From contig CM120640.1 in the NCBI GenBank assembly GCA_051362555.1, positions 50,384,788 through 50,448,787 of the forward strand: a stretch of DNA of 64,000 nt, in the 5' to 3' direction. Origin of the DNA: Lingula anatina. Its lineage: Eukaryota > Animalia > Brachiopoda. Numbering within the stretch: position 1 is the stretch's first letter; each line of letters begins with the position of its first letter. The notes beneath the pieces are model-generated. The model was not told the DNA's origin. It worked only from the letters and a program-made list of their open reading frames with translations, and searched no databases. Positions 14,101 to 28,219 of the stretch are shown here, one piece after another. Made by a program: the position numbers and the translations under genes.

Positions 14101-17100
14101 ACAGGGTTTAAGCAAACTGACACCAGGTTTCAGTTTGCATACACAATACCTGATTCAGCTGAGAACTTTAAATGACAAATAGTATAATTCCACCATACAG
14201 TTAAAGCAGATTAATGACATAAGATGCAATATCTGTGACTTTTTTTGCTGTTACAAACATCGGCTGTCAAAAACTCCTTAAAATCTCTTGTTGCTTTTGT
14301 ATTACATTGCCTTGGACAAATGCAATATTTTTTATGCATAATGAACATGTAAGGAGTTTAGGATGTGAGATGTAAAAAAAGGCAACCTTTTATACTTTGG
14401 TTTATTGTCATGTGTAAAGTTTTGCATATTGATAATAACATTGTTACTAGTTGTAATTGAAACTTACAGGTCCATCTAGTGCCTTAACCCTGTTTTTGAT
14501 CTTTTATATAGTCTCTTACTTTGTAATTTTTTTTTCAGGCTGACAGAGATGGGCCACCATGTAGGTGTGAGAATGCTGGATATTTTGTTTCTAAGAGAGC
14601 GTACTTTCAAGAGGGAAGTTAAGCTATTGAACATGTTGCTGTTTATCAAGACCAATCTATGGAAGGTAAGTTCACAAGAAAGATTATTCAGCATGCAGCA
14701 GAAAAATTGATACTGTGGTAATCATTTGTCCCAGCCTGCTCCCAGGGTTTCTGTAAATGAGTACGTGACCAAAGTGCTTAGAGAACATGTTAGTTGCATT
14801 ATACAAGTATTGGTTATTCATGTCATTGGGTTACACCACTTCTTTCCAACACTTGATATCATGTCAATACAAATGTTTTCGTGACTCTAGTAATTAATTC
14901 TAAACCGTTCCTCGGTTCTCTTTCCCATCATTACATTTGCACCTGCAACAAAACTAGATGTATTGCACTTTTGGATTTCTATACTGCGTTATAGGTCAAG
15001 CATTTTTCGAGGGATGCTGACCCCCAGACACCCCCAGACACTTATCTACAACTGTACTGCATAAGTATTTGTATGCAGATATTCGAGGCTGTCTGCATGA
15101 AAATAAGGAAAGCAAGCAACATGATAAAGATCACATATTCCCAAACAAATCAAAAATGACATCCTAGGTCAAAAACCTTGATAAAGACCTCTCCTCAAAC
15201 TTACCTGATATTGCAAAACTGTAGATGATCTTGGTGGTGTTTTTTAATCTTATTGGAGGGGAAAAATGAATGCCTTTTCTTTTCTAACCAAGCATTTATC
15301 CAGTCTCACTGGCACAGTTATTAAATTCTAGCTGACTGGAACAAGTCAAAAGGTTATCAGGTTGACAAACAACCAATGACTACCTGTGCAAGATCAAAGG
15401 AAACCCAGCAGGCAATTTACCACAAACTATATTCTAGGTGTCACTTTGGCAAAAATGTCTTCTTAATAATTTCTTAGGTTATGATGGTTGTGTGATATCA
15501 AAAGATAATTTTAGAGTGGCCTTGGTAATGGGAATGTGGAATATAACTTTTCTTAAGAAGATAATTAGATTGATTAACTTTTGAAGCATTAATTGCCAAG
15601 TGCAACTTTGCTATTAAGATTTACAAGGTGAAACAAAAGTATGAATTGAAGTGTCTCCCCCCCAAAGTCTGTAACCACTAATAAACTATCATTGAAATGC
15701 CTACTATACAAGATGTACTTGTTATCCTTTTCCAGTATTTGTTGTCATTTGAATGTCAAACACATAAAATATAACATTGATAGAGTTATGCATTTAAAAT
15801 TACTTATAATCTTATCTGTCCATTAAAAGTTTGTTTTTTTAAAAGAGTAATTTCCCTGCATTTTTCAGCAGATTACCAGTACTAAATGAACAATAATGTA
15901 TTGACCTGCAAACTTCAATATATTGTGCTAAGTATGTTTTTAAAGGGATAATAACTCTTCATATGAAATCTATATTTCACAATAAAAACCTTGTGAATAA
16001 CTCATAGAAATATAATATATTTTGTTTTACGACGAAAAAAGCAGTTATAGCTATTATTCTGTATTATTCTGATATCTGAGCTTGTCTTCAGATCACGTGA
16101 ACTCCATTGAGGGCTATACTCTGTTATAATCTTTTAAGAGATTTTAACAAAAAACCAAACTTTTTAGAAAAAAACCATGGACTAACTTTGAATGTAAAAA
16201 TGGATTCATTAACCATTGGTAAGTATGGGAAAATTGTTGTTTACTCCAGGAAAATTCATTTTTTGGCCAAAACGAGGAGTTATTATCCCTTTAAGTATTG
16301 TATAAATTAGGCATCTTAGACCACATTCAGATTCACACATTGTACAAGCTGGGTTGGTCCATCTCTGCGGGGTGTTATTGCTAAAGTGCAATAGGTGGAA
16401 TCAACTTCATTGTCTGACAAGCCACCCCAAGCAGCTAGAGGGTAATTAACAGAATTGTGAGCTAATTAAATGATTGATAATATTAAATTGCTGATTAAAT
16501 TGCATGTGGTATTCATGATTCTGAAAAGACACTGACGATTTAGAAATTAAAAAAATCAAAGTATTTTTGGTTCAAGGTTTTAAGCTGTCATTGAGTAAGT
16601 ACATGTAGATTAAAGAAAGAGAGAGAGAAGAAAAGAGAAGGGGAGAAATTACTTGTAGGCTACAAATATGTTAAAAGACATTTCTATGCCTCACATCAGA
16701 GATTAGTGAAGGTTGAAGTTGGGTGAGGTATCATGATCCAGTGTCCTGCTGTGTATACCTTTGGCTGCACCAGAAAACCTCTGCAACCTGTCAGCAAATT
16801 TTTTGCTATACAGGTGTTAAGTGAGATGTGAGAGGAAATAGGCATGATGGGGGGGCTTGTATAAAACTTTGACAAGTCTCCTTGCCCCAGTCGTTGCCTT
16901 TGGTGGTTAAATGTTGTGTCTCTTCACACCTTGTAAACTAATTCTTTGGAACATTGCAAAGTGAGATGTTAGTATGTGAAAAAGATGCCTTTTGGTTTAC
17001 TTTGATTTCATATGAGCTTTAGCAATTGCTAGATTATCAAGTTGATTAATAATTGAGATCTTCAATTAAGACATCTGAATATTAAGTGAGCACATTAAAA

Positions 17101-20100
17101 AAAATTATCAAAAGAGAAACCAATGCTTAAAACTTGCTTGATCTTTAGGATCACAGTATATGTATATATGGCACACAATACTGTGGTATCATAATGTTAC
17201 CAATCACAAAGATTGGCCTTTAATTTCTCTCCTAAAATATGGCAGAGTACTCCATTGGAAGGTATTTCAGGGTACTTAAATCTATTTGACCAATATATTT
17301 GATAAATGCTTTACCCATGGGATAAGGTCAAGAGAACAAAAAGCTACATTACTCTCATAACTTCATTGCTAGGAAAAACCTGCTTACCATTGGAACAAGA
17401 CTCAATCAAAATGGACTAGGTTAATATCAAGGCTTCTTGATAGAGATAAACTTATAATTTATAAAAGATTTTAATAGGGATATATCCTTACTTAACCCCG
17501 CCTTGTTATTCTCATTTTGTTTATATTACTATGATTTTTCATAAAAAATACTAAGTTCTAGTTCATCACCTTTTGCTGCTAATTATACCTGCCAGTAACA
17601 CATTTTTTCGTTTGTCTATCTAATTTTGTTCCTTTTTCAGACACTATTTGGAAAAGAAGCTGACAAGTTGGAACATGCCAATGATGATGAAAGAACATGT
17701 ATCCTACAAAATAAATTTCAAATCCATTTGCGTGTGAGTGTGTGTATTTTTAATGAGGAGATAAAAATAGCCATGAGCCAAATGTTCCTCTTGGGTTTAT
17801 CCCCACACATTCCACAGAATATAGATTGCTGTGTTAAGTAACTAATTATCTTAACATGTTAGATTTTTGTCATCTTCTTTACAAAACATATGGGGATCGA
17901 CCAAATTTATTTAGTGTGGCCCTTTAAATGCTAAACACCACCATGCACTTACCTTGAAACTTGTAGACAGACTCACTGATGCATTGTAGCTATGATATAT
18001 CTCTGCCTGTAGTATGCATTGTGTTTGCCTTAGATGTGTTGATGTCTTGCTACATATACCTCTGTGCCTAATGACATTTAGGTGACAGCTAGATTTCTTT
18101 ATAGCCCCAGATGTAATATCAGAGTCCAGATAGTATAGCATGTTTCAGTGACCACTTATTTATTATTTGTTTATTTGTAGCTCACATTTTTTTTCTGAAT
18201 GAAATACAACACTGTGGCAACTTTCCAAAAACCACAAGTCCGTCAGGTGCACAATTTGTGTACTAGGCTGACCTGTGGAGTGTTGTGTCCTAACATACCG
18301 AGGTCTGGGGTGGAATACGTTCAGACAAATTGATCTGGGTTTACACGTACACATTCCTATAAAGAAGTTGTGTATGTAATGTTACCAATGGTACTTGATA
18401 ATATTTACTTTATGCTAGAATGGATGGATGCTAATCCATACTAATTGTGTGGTTCCTGAATTGTATCGAGAAATTCTGAGCTACAGGTGAGACATATATT
18501 GGCCAGACAGTTTCTATGCTTCCTTTGGCCTGCAGAGTGCACATTAGTACCAATCTTTAGGAATTAAATATAAATAACCAAATATTTTGTATAAGTCATT
18601 GCTAAGGTTCATATATCTCCATGAAGTTATTTTCCTTAAGTGGTATTCAGATTATATAATAGAAAAGGAGCCATTGCTAAACAAATTTATTTCAGTTCCA
18701 AAAGATAAAAGTAAGTACAGTCGTTTTCTCTTTTGCACACACATTCACACAATATTACTAATGACCAAAACATCAGTATTTGTAATTTTTGTAACCAGTC
18801 TAAAAGAAAGGATATTTACTCTAGCACTGGCTGCTATAAATGAAAGATGTCATCATCTACCGAACACCCATTAAAATGACACATTACTAGGATTGGTTAA
18901 TTACCTGATGGTTTAACATTCCCGACTTCTATAGAATTGGAAGTTATGATTTTTTAATAGCTATGAATTTAGCACTTGCTTTTTTTACATACCTATTCAT
19001 GTGGATTTTGTCCTTTGTTTTAAGAAAATCAATAGTTATTTGTTCTTGATATTTGCCTAAGACTTACAAACAAGCTGCTGGTATGAAATGCCTTCCTCAA
19101 AAATCTTACTAAGAGCTCTAATTACATCTTGTTATAGAACTTTATCAAAGGTGATATTTTTAAGATGCTGCACACCCTCCTCTAGGCATTTTTTAGCAAA
19201 CATTTAGCACTTACCATCTAGTTTTGAAGGAACCCTTGCTTAAACACCAATGGCCAAGTGCCCATGGCCCAAACCACACTGGTCTGACCTTTATATTCCA
19301 ACTTTATTAATGACCCTTCTCCATCCGTGCATAATCATAGCATTAACACACCTCTGTAGTATGTGGAACTTGATAGGGAATTGAAAGAGCGTGGTTTAGC
19401 CAGTTGAAATTTGAATGTGTTCATAATTATAATATTTGTGAATTAAAAAGAGGTTTTGTGAAAAGAGAATGAAATATGGCAATAAATGGTGGTGTAACTG
19501 GTGAAGTAGGATTAGTAAAATTAGTTACAAGGACAGTGCTTCAACAATTGTCTCTTTCATATCGTGATTGGTTTACCCTTCACTCAACCAAAGATGAGTT
19601 TATAGCCAACATGCCTTATTTGATTTTCTTTTTAGCGTAATTGAAAACAAACTGTGATTTATTTCCCCTTGTTCAAGTTTTGAAGAGCTCTTCTTTCAAA
19701 GATGATGGTCTTCACAGTGTTTTCACATCCTTTATAGGATGGTGCATCTTGTTGGCATTTCGGGTTGTCCAATGTAAAATACCAGGGTTGCTGTAGTATC
19801 TGTGGTTGGACAAAGACAGAACTCAAATATTAATGTGTACAGCCACATAAACTTTAACCAGTGGCTTGCACGTTTTATGATTTTTAAAGTAAGAGATTAA
19901 AAAAGAAGTGGTGTGTTAGGATAGCAAATGTAATGCTTAGTTTCAAGCATATTATTAGGGTAGGGTAGATAATAACTTTTTTGGAAATCTCTCAGGGAAT
20001 AGGTGATTTTAGAGGCAAAATGGGTCAAAAAGTTCATTTCTGATGAGAAATTTGAGCTAGGAGCATTCTTTAGGTCGGTAATTGTACTATTTTTGAAAAT

Positions 20101-22243
20101 GCATACAAAGCATATGCACTGCATATACAGTAACTGTAGTAATTATGTATGCATATAATTGTATTGAAAAGTGTTGAGTGAAGCACAAATTTTTGATAAG
20201 TGAGTGTTTTTTATGGCACAAAATGATGCTAAACACACATGTGCAACTATTTTTTTCTCACAACAGCCATTTAGGTTGGTAAAATGACAATTTTCAAAAT
20301 GGCGGACAAAATGCCCTAACAAGAGTTTCAACATCGACAATTAAAGGAACCTATGTTTTTATTATGCCTTTTCTTATGTTTTTAAGGTTGTAAAATATTT
20401 ATTCTTATGCTAACACTGCCATTGTTACATTTTAGTTACCTTGTTGGTTGATAGTTTACTGTCAAGCTTGAAAGAAGAGCCAGATCTCAGTCAGTCAAAT
20501 CGAGGAGTGATAAGATATCTCAAGTTCTGCTGGGTGGGAATTATGAGGAAGGATCAGAGTTATCCTGACCTCAAGCAACCAATGGGGAAATGTCTTTAAA
20601 TTATTAAAAAGAAATGGATGGAATATTTTTGTTCTGCACATAAGAAGTCGGGGAAACAATCACTATCATGCACTGAGACCAGCAAAGAAGCTGCCTCAGA
20701 AATATCCAATGTCTGGATGTCCAACAATATCTTTCCTCTCTTTGAGAACATTTACAACAGAATAACTGCATTGTGCTTATATACGATGAACCTTAAACAC
20801 TATTTGTCACATTTTGATTGAAATCTTTCACTTTTGTGTATCATGACTTTTAACACTTGCACGTCACAGACAGTTAATGCTTCATAAGTTCCCCAAATAT
20901 ATCATAATCCAACATACTTCTGTTGGGATTGTACTTCTCAGAGATTGGCAAAATACTTTTTGGAGATTCAGGCATTGGAGATTTCCTTGGCAACTGCTTT
21001 GCTAGCCTCAGCTTATGATAGGGATGTTTTCCGGCTTCATACATGTATGTAAAATAAAAGTGTATATTCCACCCTTTTGTAATAATTTAGAAACAATTTT
21101 ACTTTATGGTAAGGTTAATTGATTCTTCTAATTTCCATCCAACAGATGTTGTGAAATCTTATCACTCTTCATTCTGATTGATTAAAATGACTGAAGTTGT
21201 TCATTTTCCCCATTATCAAAGATTCTGGCTCTTCACTCTAGCTTGACGGTTAACTGTCAGCTGACATGGTAACTGAACTCACTGTAAAATGTATCAATCT
21301 GAGTATTAACATCATAAATGGATTCTACAACCCCAAAAACATAAGAAAAGACATATGACACACTATAATACCTTTAATTGTTGTTAATGAAGCTTTTGGT
21401 AGGTTGTTTTGGCTGCCATTTTGAAAATAGTCATTTTACTGGCCTTAATAATTGTTTTAGAAAAAAATGATTGTCAGATTTGTGTTCAGCATCAAATTTC
21501 GCCTCAGAAAACATCTGTTATGGAATTTTTTTGAGATTTACCCTACCCTAATATTATTTGGTAAACATGAAAAAAAATTGTATTGCAGTGAAAAATCATC
21601 ATTTACCCAATTAAATAATTTCCTTCCTTCTCTTTCAGGTAGTTTAAACTGTGCATCTTTTATGGCTGGAATCATTGAAGCTGTCTTAAATGGGTGCAAC
21701 TTTGTAAGTGCTACTTGAACCAACTCATCTTTGTAAGATTCTGATCCCCTCCCCCCACCAACACAAAATATATATAGATAGAGAGAGAGAGAGAAATAAG
21801 GAAAAAACAGTAGATATGTCAGTCATGGCAATTCTTTTTATTCAGAAAGAACAAGCTGGTCCTTAATTGGTCATCAAATGACAACTAGTTATCTGTTGGT
21901 TATCAAGTACCCAACAGCAGGTCAAAGCTCAGCTTGTATTATTTTTAGTATAATTAGAATCAATTGAAACTTATCAGCATTATTACACCAAGTGTATGAC
22001 AAAAGCAGGAAAAGGACAGAAAAGTGAATTTTTGCTGAAACAAGAAAATGAATAAAAACCAAGCTTTTTATTTGTTGTTTAAATGGCAATCTTTAAGTTC
22101 ATTTCTTATTATTTTTTAAATTTGTGTATTCCATTTTCTTTCAGCCAGCTAAAGTGACCACCCACTGGCATAAGGGAACGACATTTATGATTAAGTTTGA
22201 TGAATCTGTTATAGCCAGGGACAAAACTGTAGATGGCCGATAA
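11125..22243 (+). CDS. TRAPPC5: Trafficking protein particle complex subunit 5 (TRS31)
   Basis: Seven exons: 11125-11193, 11283-11371, 14539-14665, 17641-17698, 18651-18710, 21639-21703, 22145-22243. Motifs FALLFSEMVQYCQ, LFGKEADKLEHANDD, YIIEKEPL, LNCASFMAGIIEAVL, PAKVTTHWHKGTTFMIKF; TAA at 22241-22243. Confidence 0.96.
15944..16290. mobile_element. Non-autonomous TIR element (MITE) with TTAA TSD, Kolobok-like ends; copy 1
   Basis: TTAA|AGGGATAATAACTC ... GAGTTATTATCCCT|TTAA; a homologous copy lies at 44490-44863. Confidence 0.85.
17699..18650 (+). other. U12-type (minor spliceosome) GT-AG intron, TRAPPC5 intron 4
   Basis: 5' splice site GTATCCTA; branch site TTTTCCTTAAG at ~18630-18640, about 10 nt before the CAG; no polypyrimidine tract between them; splicing restores RT-Y-YIIEKEP. 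Confidence 0.85.
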
Positions 22244-23554
22244 CACTGGTACCATATAAATAAAACTCTTATGGAAACCTGCCATGGGACTTGGTTGAAT
22301 ATGGTAAAGAATCCATTTTACCGATTTTGGTAAAACAGCATGCTCTCTTATGAAAAGCATTGGTCGGATATGGTAACTATATCAGTGAAAAATAGTAACA
22401 GATCATAACATTCAGACTTCTCACTGCCATACATTTGTACAAGTGTCAGCATTGAAATAAACTGTATGGAAGTCACATTATGTTGAGGACATGTATCCTG
22501 GCACCACTGACATAGCACATCAACGTTAAAATAACCAATGGCCCAAGGATGGTCAAATGCAGGACAATATTCAATATTTTCTGTGCAAAATATTGTTTCC
22601 ATCAATTTTTTAACAGATTGGCAGATGTAAACTATCTTGATCTAGATGATCATCAAGAAAGTGGGTGCATTTCTATTAAATTATATATAATATTAAAGGT
22701 ATTCCAGCAAACATTCTTGAGGAGTACACATGCAATATGACAATATAATTTATTTCAATGAAAATAAAAATGTTTTCAAAACAATATTCTTTCATAATTT
22801 ATTTTTACATAAGTAAAATGTTGACAAAAGTGTCAAAAAAAAAAAAAGTATCAAGATAATATTTAGAACTTGAAACCTAATATTACTGGTTCAAATCTGC
22901 ATGAACAGTAGTAGTCTGCTTGCATTTAAGTAGGCCAATTTAAAATGCACTTGCATTCAACAGAAAAGCTTCAACGAAATTAAAGGGGTCTCAATAATTT
23001 GTTCTAATATGTGCTCTCAAGTTGCACCCTTCCTGGGTGGTGCACAATGCATCGTCTTACATTCATTCATGGAAAAATACACATTCACTCAGCCTCCATT
23101 CAACAGACCTCACCTCATTGCATTTAAAATCATAAGAGGATTCCCATATCTGCTTTCACACCTACTTTTTTTACTAATGCACCCTTTTAGACATCACATT
23201 AATGGCTATTGAACAGCATCTGTTTTCACTCAAACATGGTAAAAGAATGTCTAATTGACAAACTACACAAATATTTGTTCATTCAAGTTATTGTTAAAAA
23301 TGAAAGGGCATGATAGCTTTAAAAATAATCTTAAAATGAGTAGCAATAGAGTAGTTAAAAAAGTAAACATGTCTAAGTATTTTGCTTAAAAAAATCTTCC
23401 TGCACTGTCAAGAAACCGATTTCTCAATCTATAAAAACAAACTGATTATGGATTTATTCAGCCTTGTCATAATTTGAAGTGTGCCATACAGCACCAAGTC
23501 AATTTTTTTTATCACAAACAACAGTATTCCTACTGCAACCATGGAAAGATATTC

Positions 23555-26500
23555 CTATCGAATACTTTGCCTCATTAGGGTATTTGTTCCCTTTTTAACA
23601 CTGCTTTTTTCAGCAGTCTTCTTTTTCTTTGCATCCACATCAAAGCACTTCCACAGGCGAAGAGTTTCGTCTGCTGCAGCTGATACAACTGTGCTTCCGT
23701 CAGGTGACATGGATAGATGAAGAACCCGTGCTGTGTGCCCTAAAACATGAAAGAGAAAAGGGGGGTTCATTCATTTAATTCAGTAAATTGCCTCCAGCTA
23801 TTGGTTTATTGTAAATTGAGACAATCTTGGTTTACCTCAATGAGCCTTGTATTTGAGAACCAGACGTACAAGATTTAATCCAAAGAGTAATGGTTGAAAG
23901 AAATCAAAGGCCGAGTGCTGTTTTTTTTTATTTCACTGTGAAGAATAGACAAAACTGAATAACACACTTACGTGTGACACAAAAACTAGAATTATTCTCA
24001 TCTTGTGTTAATACACCAAGACATAACATGGGTTTGTTATTTGATGTTATCAAGGTTACAAAATAATTGACAAAATAATGATCTAATGGCTTGAAACCAT
24101 CATGTACCAAACGTAGCCAAGGTCGGCAAAAACCTACCTGTTAGCTCAGATACTTTTGTCATACTTGGATATTTCCAAATAATAAGTTGATTTTGAGCAA
24201 ACCCATGTCCAGATACAAGCTCCTTGTATTCCTTGGACCAGAGGATAGAGCACACCTAGAGAACAAAAAATATTTTGTTACAAGTTCAATATATATGTCA
24301 AAGGTATACAATACATGATCACAATTCAGACCTCAAAAACAATAAAACCCCTTGAATAAGGGTACGTGGTCAACATTCCCTTCTTAAATACACAGAAAGA
24401 CATGACAGTCTTAGTGACTGGCCAGTCAATTAGATTTAAAAATTTTAATTAGAAATGTTGTAAAACATCGATTCTGAGCTCAGGGACAGGTTAAGCAACA
24501 ATTGGCGAGCAGGATAAATTTGTTTCCCCCAGATACCTTCAAATAACCTCTTTTCAAAGCAAGCTGATTGTGTTTTACTGACATGGTTGGTCTTCCATTA
24601 TAAATTGCTGCAGTTGAGATAACTGTTCATCTCTCATTCTACTGCAGTATTACCATTTAAAAAATTTCAACTGAAGAATTTTAGCAATCCTGGTTTAATT
24701 GTTTCATACCTGTGATTTTGTATCTACACTGCTTAGACAAGCCCCCGTGTTGACATTCCAGAAGCGTATGTGTCTGTCAGCAGTTCCACCTCCACTGGCC
24801 AGCACACTAGGTTGCCATGGGCACCATGCAACAGCCTAGCAGATTTTATAATAATTTCAGTTTTAAAATAATTGTAATACAGCCATGCATATTTTTTCAT
24901 CTTTTTAAAATAAAATGCTCATCTTGAACTTATTTAATTAAAACTATGAAAAATTTACTCATGGCGAAACTTGCAATAATAAAAAATAAATAAAATAAAT
25001 AAAAATAAAATAAAAAAATTAATTTTTTTTTAAAATCATGAACTAAAAATTATGTTCACTCACCTTTACTGCAGCTTGGTGCTGAGAGAATGTCAGGACC
25101 GGTGAAGGCTCAGACTGTCCCATATCTGCCTGCCATATGTTCAACAAGTTATCATTCCCTCCACTTGCCAGGAACCGCCCATCAGGAGACCACTTGAGCC
25201 CACACACCTCCTGGGTGTGTCCTAGGAGAGTGGCAATATGGTGATGGGGGACACGGACATCATGATGATGAATAGCACCACTGCGAGAACCACTTCAATG
25301 GATAAAAAGAATGAGAAACTGAATTAGGCTTTGGCTGAAACTGAAAACTGTATTACTGTAAAACATATTCAAACCTAAAGTGTTTTACATATAATAAAAT
25401 CTGGTTTTCATATTAAAATTTGTTTTTCACTTGCTAGATTTTAAATATATAAGACGTTCTTTTTCATTTACCAAGTTGGATGCAAATTTTATCATCAAAA
25501 GAAATTTGCCATGTATCCTAAATATCAATTTACTGCATACCTTGACAAAATGTATGAATTCCATGATAATGCTCCTACTCTGGCAGCATGACCTGTCATG
25601 TTTCTCACACGTTTCATGTTCTGTACATCCCAAAGCTTGAAGTAGTTAAAGTGTTATTTTTTTATTACTCAATACTTTAAACTTAATCACTCAAAGTGTT
25701 TTTATTATGCAAAACTTAAAAACTTTACTACTCAAATGATCAGTTCTCAACAACTTAAAAGCTCTTTCTTTAACTTCAAAGCCAATTTTAATAATGAATA
25801 ACAGAAGCACTCAACACCAAATAATTAACACAAATTTTTTTTTTTTTTACTTAGGATAAATATTTTTGAACTTTGAACACAGGTGTTGATCTAAAAATGA
25901 CAAGACCTTGGACATATCTCACCTGAACTTCGTTAGAACTATTACCAACTGCCAGGTAGTTCCCTTCCTTGATCCAGGACACAGAAGACACATAGTCCTC
26001 TGGGTTCTCCAGTTCCAGCAACTGCTCTATCTCCCCTGAGCCTGCATTCCATAAGTAGACGTGACCACCCAGGGCAACAGCCAGGTGATTGTTCACAGAC
26101 CAATCTAACAGATTTAGATCTGAAAAAATAAATAACAATAATTAATTAGTTTTTATGGGGTCTCCACATAATGGTAATCTACAAAATATCATGTTATGGG
26201 CACTTACATAGCTATATTTGAAAAACAACTGTTAAATGACTATGGTTCTGATATTACCAGATTTTCCTTTTTACAAAGAGAGGAGAAAAAATTTAACATG
26301 CTCTACTAACAATAGTCATCCAAAATCTCTGGGGCATCCAGTATTCTCTCTGGCACTTGTGGGATATGCCTTGTGGGCTTTTTGCAAGATCCTGGAGTTT
26401 TGTTCTGGCTACTGTACAAAACCTTTAGATTGTTCTGGTATCCTGCAATAAAACAGAGCAATTAGAATTTGAAAGACTCATTCTTCTATCTATGTCAAAA

Positions 26501-27820
26501 AAAAAAAAAAAAAATGACTGCATCAAACTACTTTGAGCCTTAATTCGTAAGAGAACAAAACTGCATTACTAGTATTCAGATGATTCTTTACACATCAGTT
26601 ACTCAAGTTGGGCTATTTTCATTGCACGAGCAATAGGCCTGTTTACTATGTCACACCCAATGTAAGAGGCTTTATGGAAGCTTAGCATCCAGACAATGTG
26701 CTTGTAACCCAAGAGACAAAGCCTGCAATATGATTGGGGATTAAAAATGAAAAATTAACATAGGGTATATAAAAAGCTAATTTACTGTTATATTTCTAAA
26801 AGAAAACTTCAAAAGAGCCATCTCATGAAATGTAAAAATTACTATCAAAATGCACAACCATAACCATCACTTTCAAAGGGGATGTTCATAATAAATGTAT
26901 TTAAAACTGGAAGGGACTTTATACTCACCCTCAGGGGCTTGAGGTGCTTTATTTTTGTAGGCAATTATTTTAGCATTTGCTGCATCACCATTTAGATTTT
27001 CATTCATGGCCCTCTGGTACTCTCTTTTGGATGGACTTAACATCTCATCCTCCACTGATTTTTCTGTCATTAGTTTGTAATGGCCTACATCAAACTGTGT
27101 AGCACCTCTATTTGGTATGAACCGATCACCTCCACTTGGTGTTTTGGGTGTTTTGCTGCCTCTGCTGGGTGTCTTATTTTTACCTTAGAGAAATAAAAAT
27201 GTGTAACAGTTTATTAGTCTTAAAACAACAAATTTATTTGATGATCCAAAGTTGGAGTTGCCAACATTTAGAATTTCAAATAAGTGACAAACTGTTTCAA
27301 AGTACAAAAGACTGAAAATGCTGAAGAGGGTTGAAATATGGGATCCATACATATCTTGGGTTTCACTGGAAATAAAAGACTCATAAACTTATGTCAGAAA
27401 ATAAGATCGAGTTTCCCTGCATTATCTTGGGCATTCAGCAACTGAACCTTGATAAAAGCCTGACAAAATTTAATTAAGACTGTAAATATTTTCTGTCATG
27501 GTAAACAATATGAAATTAACACTTCGTGGTGGCATGTATGTCCTGATCATACCTGGTGTTTTAGTAAGCCCTGGAGTCTTATTGGTCCCCGATGGGGTTT
27601 TGCTGCCCATGAGCAAACTGTTACTCAGAGATTTGTTCAGTGGCTTCATGGGCGTCTTGCAGATGCTCCCATTCATAGATACATTGCTGATTGAGCAGTT
27701 CATTGACGCACCCAGAGCTTCACTCTGTTTTCTCTGCCATCTCATTGGTGGTCCCTTTGTGATAGGAGCATCCATTTTCAGCAAGTTGTTCATATCACTT
27801 TCAAACTTGAAATGAGACAT
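23555..27820 (-). CDS. CDC20: Cell division cycle 20 (fizzy), APC/C co-activator
   Basis: Coding exons 27820-27553, 27183-26929, 26442-26311, 26119-25923, 25635-25541, 25292-25064, 24835-24710, 24255-24138, 23739-23555. C-box [29 protein letters not shown]40 repeats, C-terminal IR tail. A non-coding first exon ends at 27985. Confidence 0.97.
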
Positions 27821-28084
27821 CTGTAAGACAGCAAATACTGATACAGTGCGTTTCTTGTTATATGCCCAGGCAAGTGCAAGAACAACAGCCATTTTTAAAT
27901 ACCCTCAATAAGCAAATATAGGAGACACGGGCCATATCGTGTATACATAAACAAAAAGCTTTGTAACAGGTGAAAAAATCTTACCTTTCACATACAGTGT
28001 TCAATAATTTGTAATGCTTTTCTTTACTTGCAAGATTCTATCCAAGCTCAGGCAAGACAACGTTCGATATTATCTCGTTTTATC

Positions 28085-28219
28085 ATCGGCAAATTAATAT
28101 AGTTCTCTCTTGGTTTTCAAGTTTACCGCTTTTGATTGGATAGGCGGTGATCTACTCGAACGCTGATTGGATAATTTCGAAAAACAAACCTGTTCTCGTG
28201 CATTCTCGCGTTATCCAAT
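28085..28219. promoter_or_regulatory. Bidirectional CDC20/GPX7 promoter with CCAAT boxes and a CDE-CHR-like element
   Basis: ATTGG at 28135-28139 and 28166-28170 (31 bp apart), CCAAT at ~28215; minus strand AGCGG-TAAA-CTTGAA at 28130-28116. Confidence 0.65.

Noticed and set aside
19900-21560. Degenerate repeat fragments in TRAPPC5 intron 5 (TTTTCAAAATGGCGG / GCCATTTTGAAAA)
   Set aside because: Probably old transposon remnants, but no boundaries, TIRs or TSD could be defined.
27498-27815. 105-aa plus-strand ORF
   Set aside because: Antisense to CDC20 coding exon 1, with no independent support.
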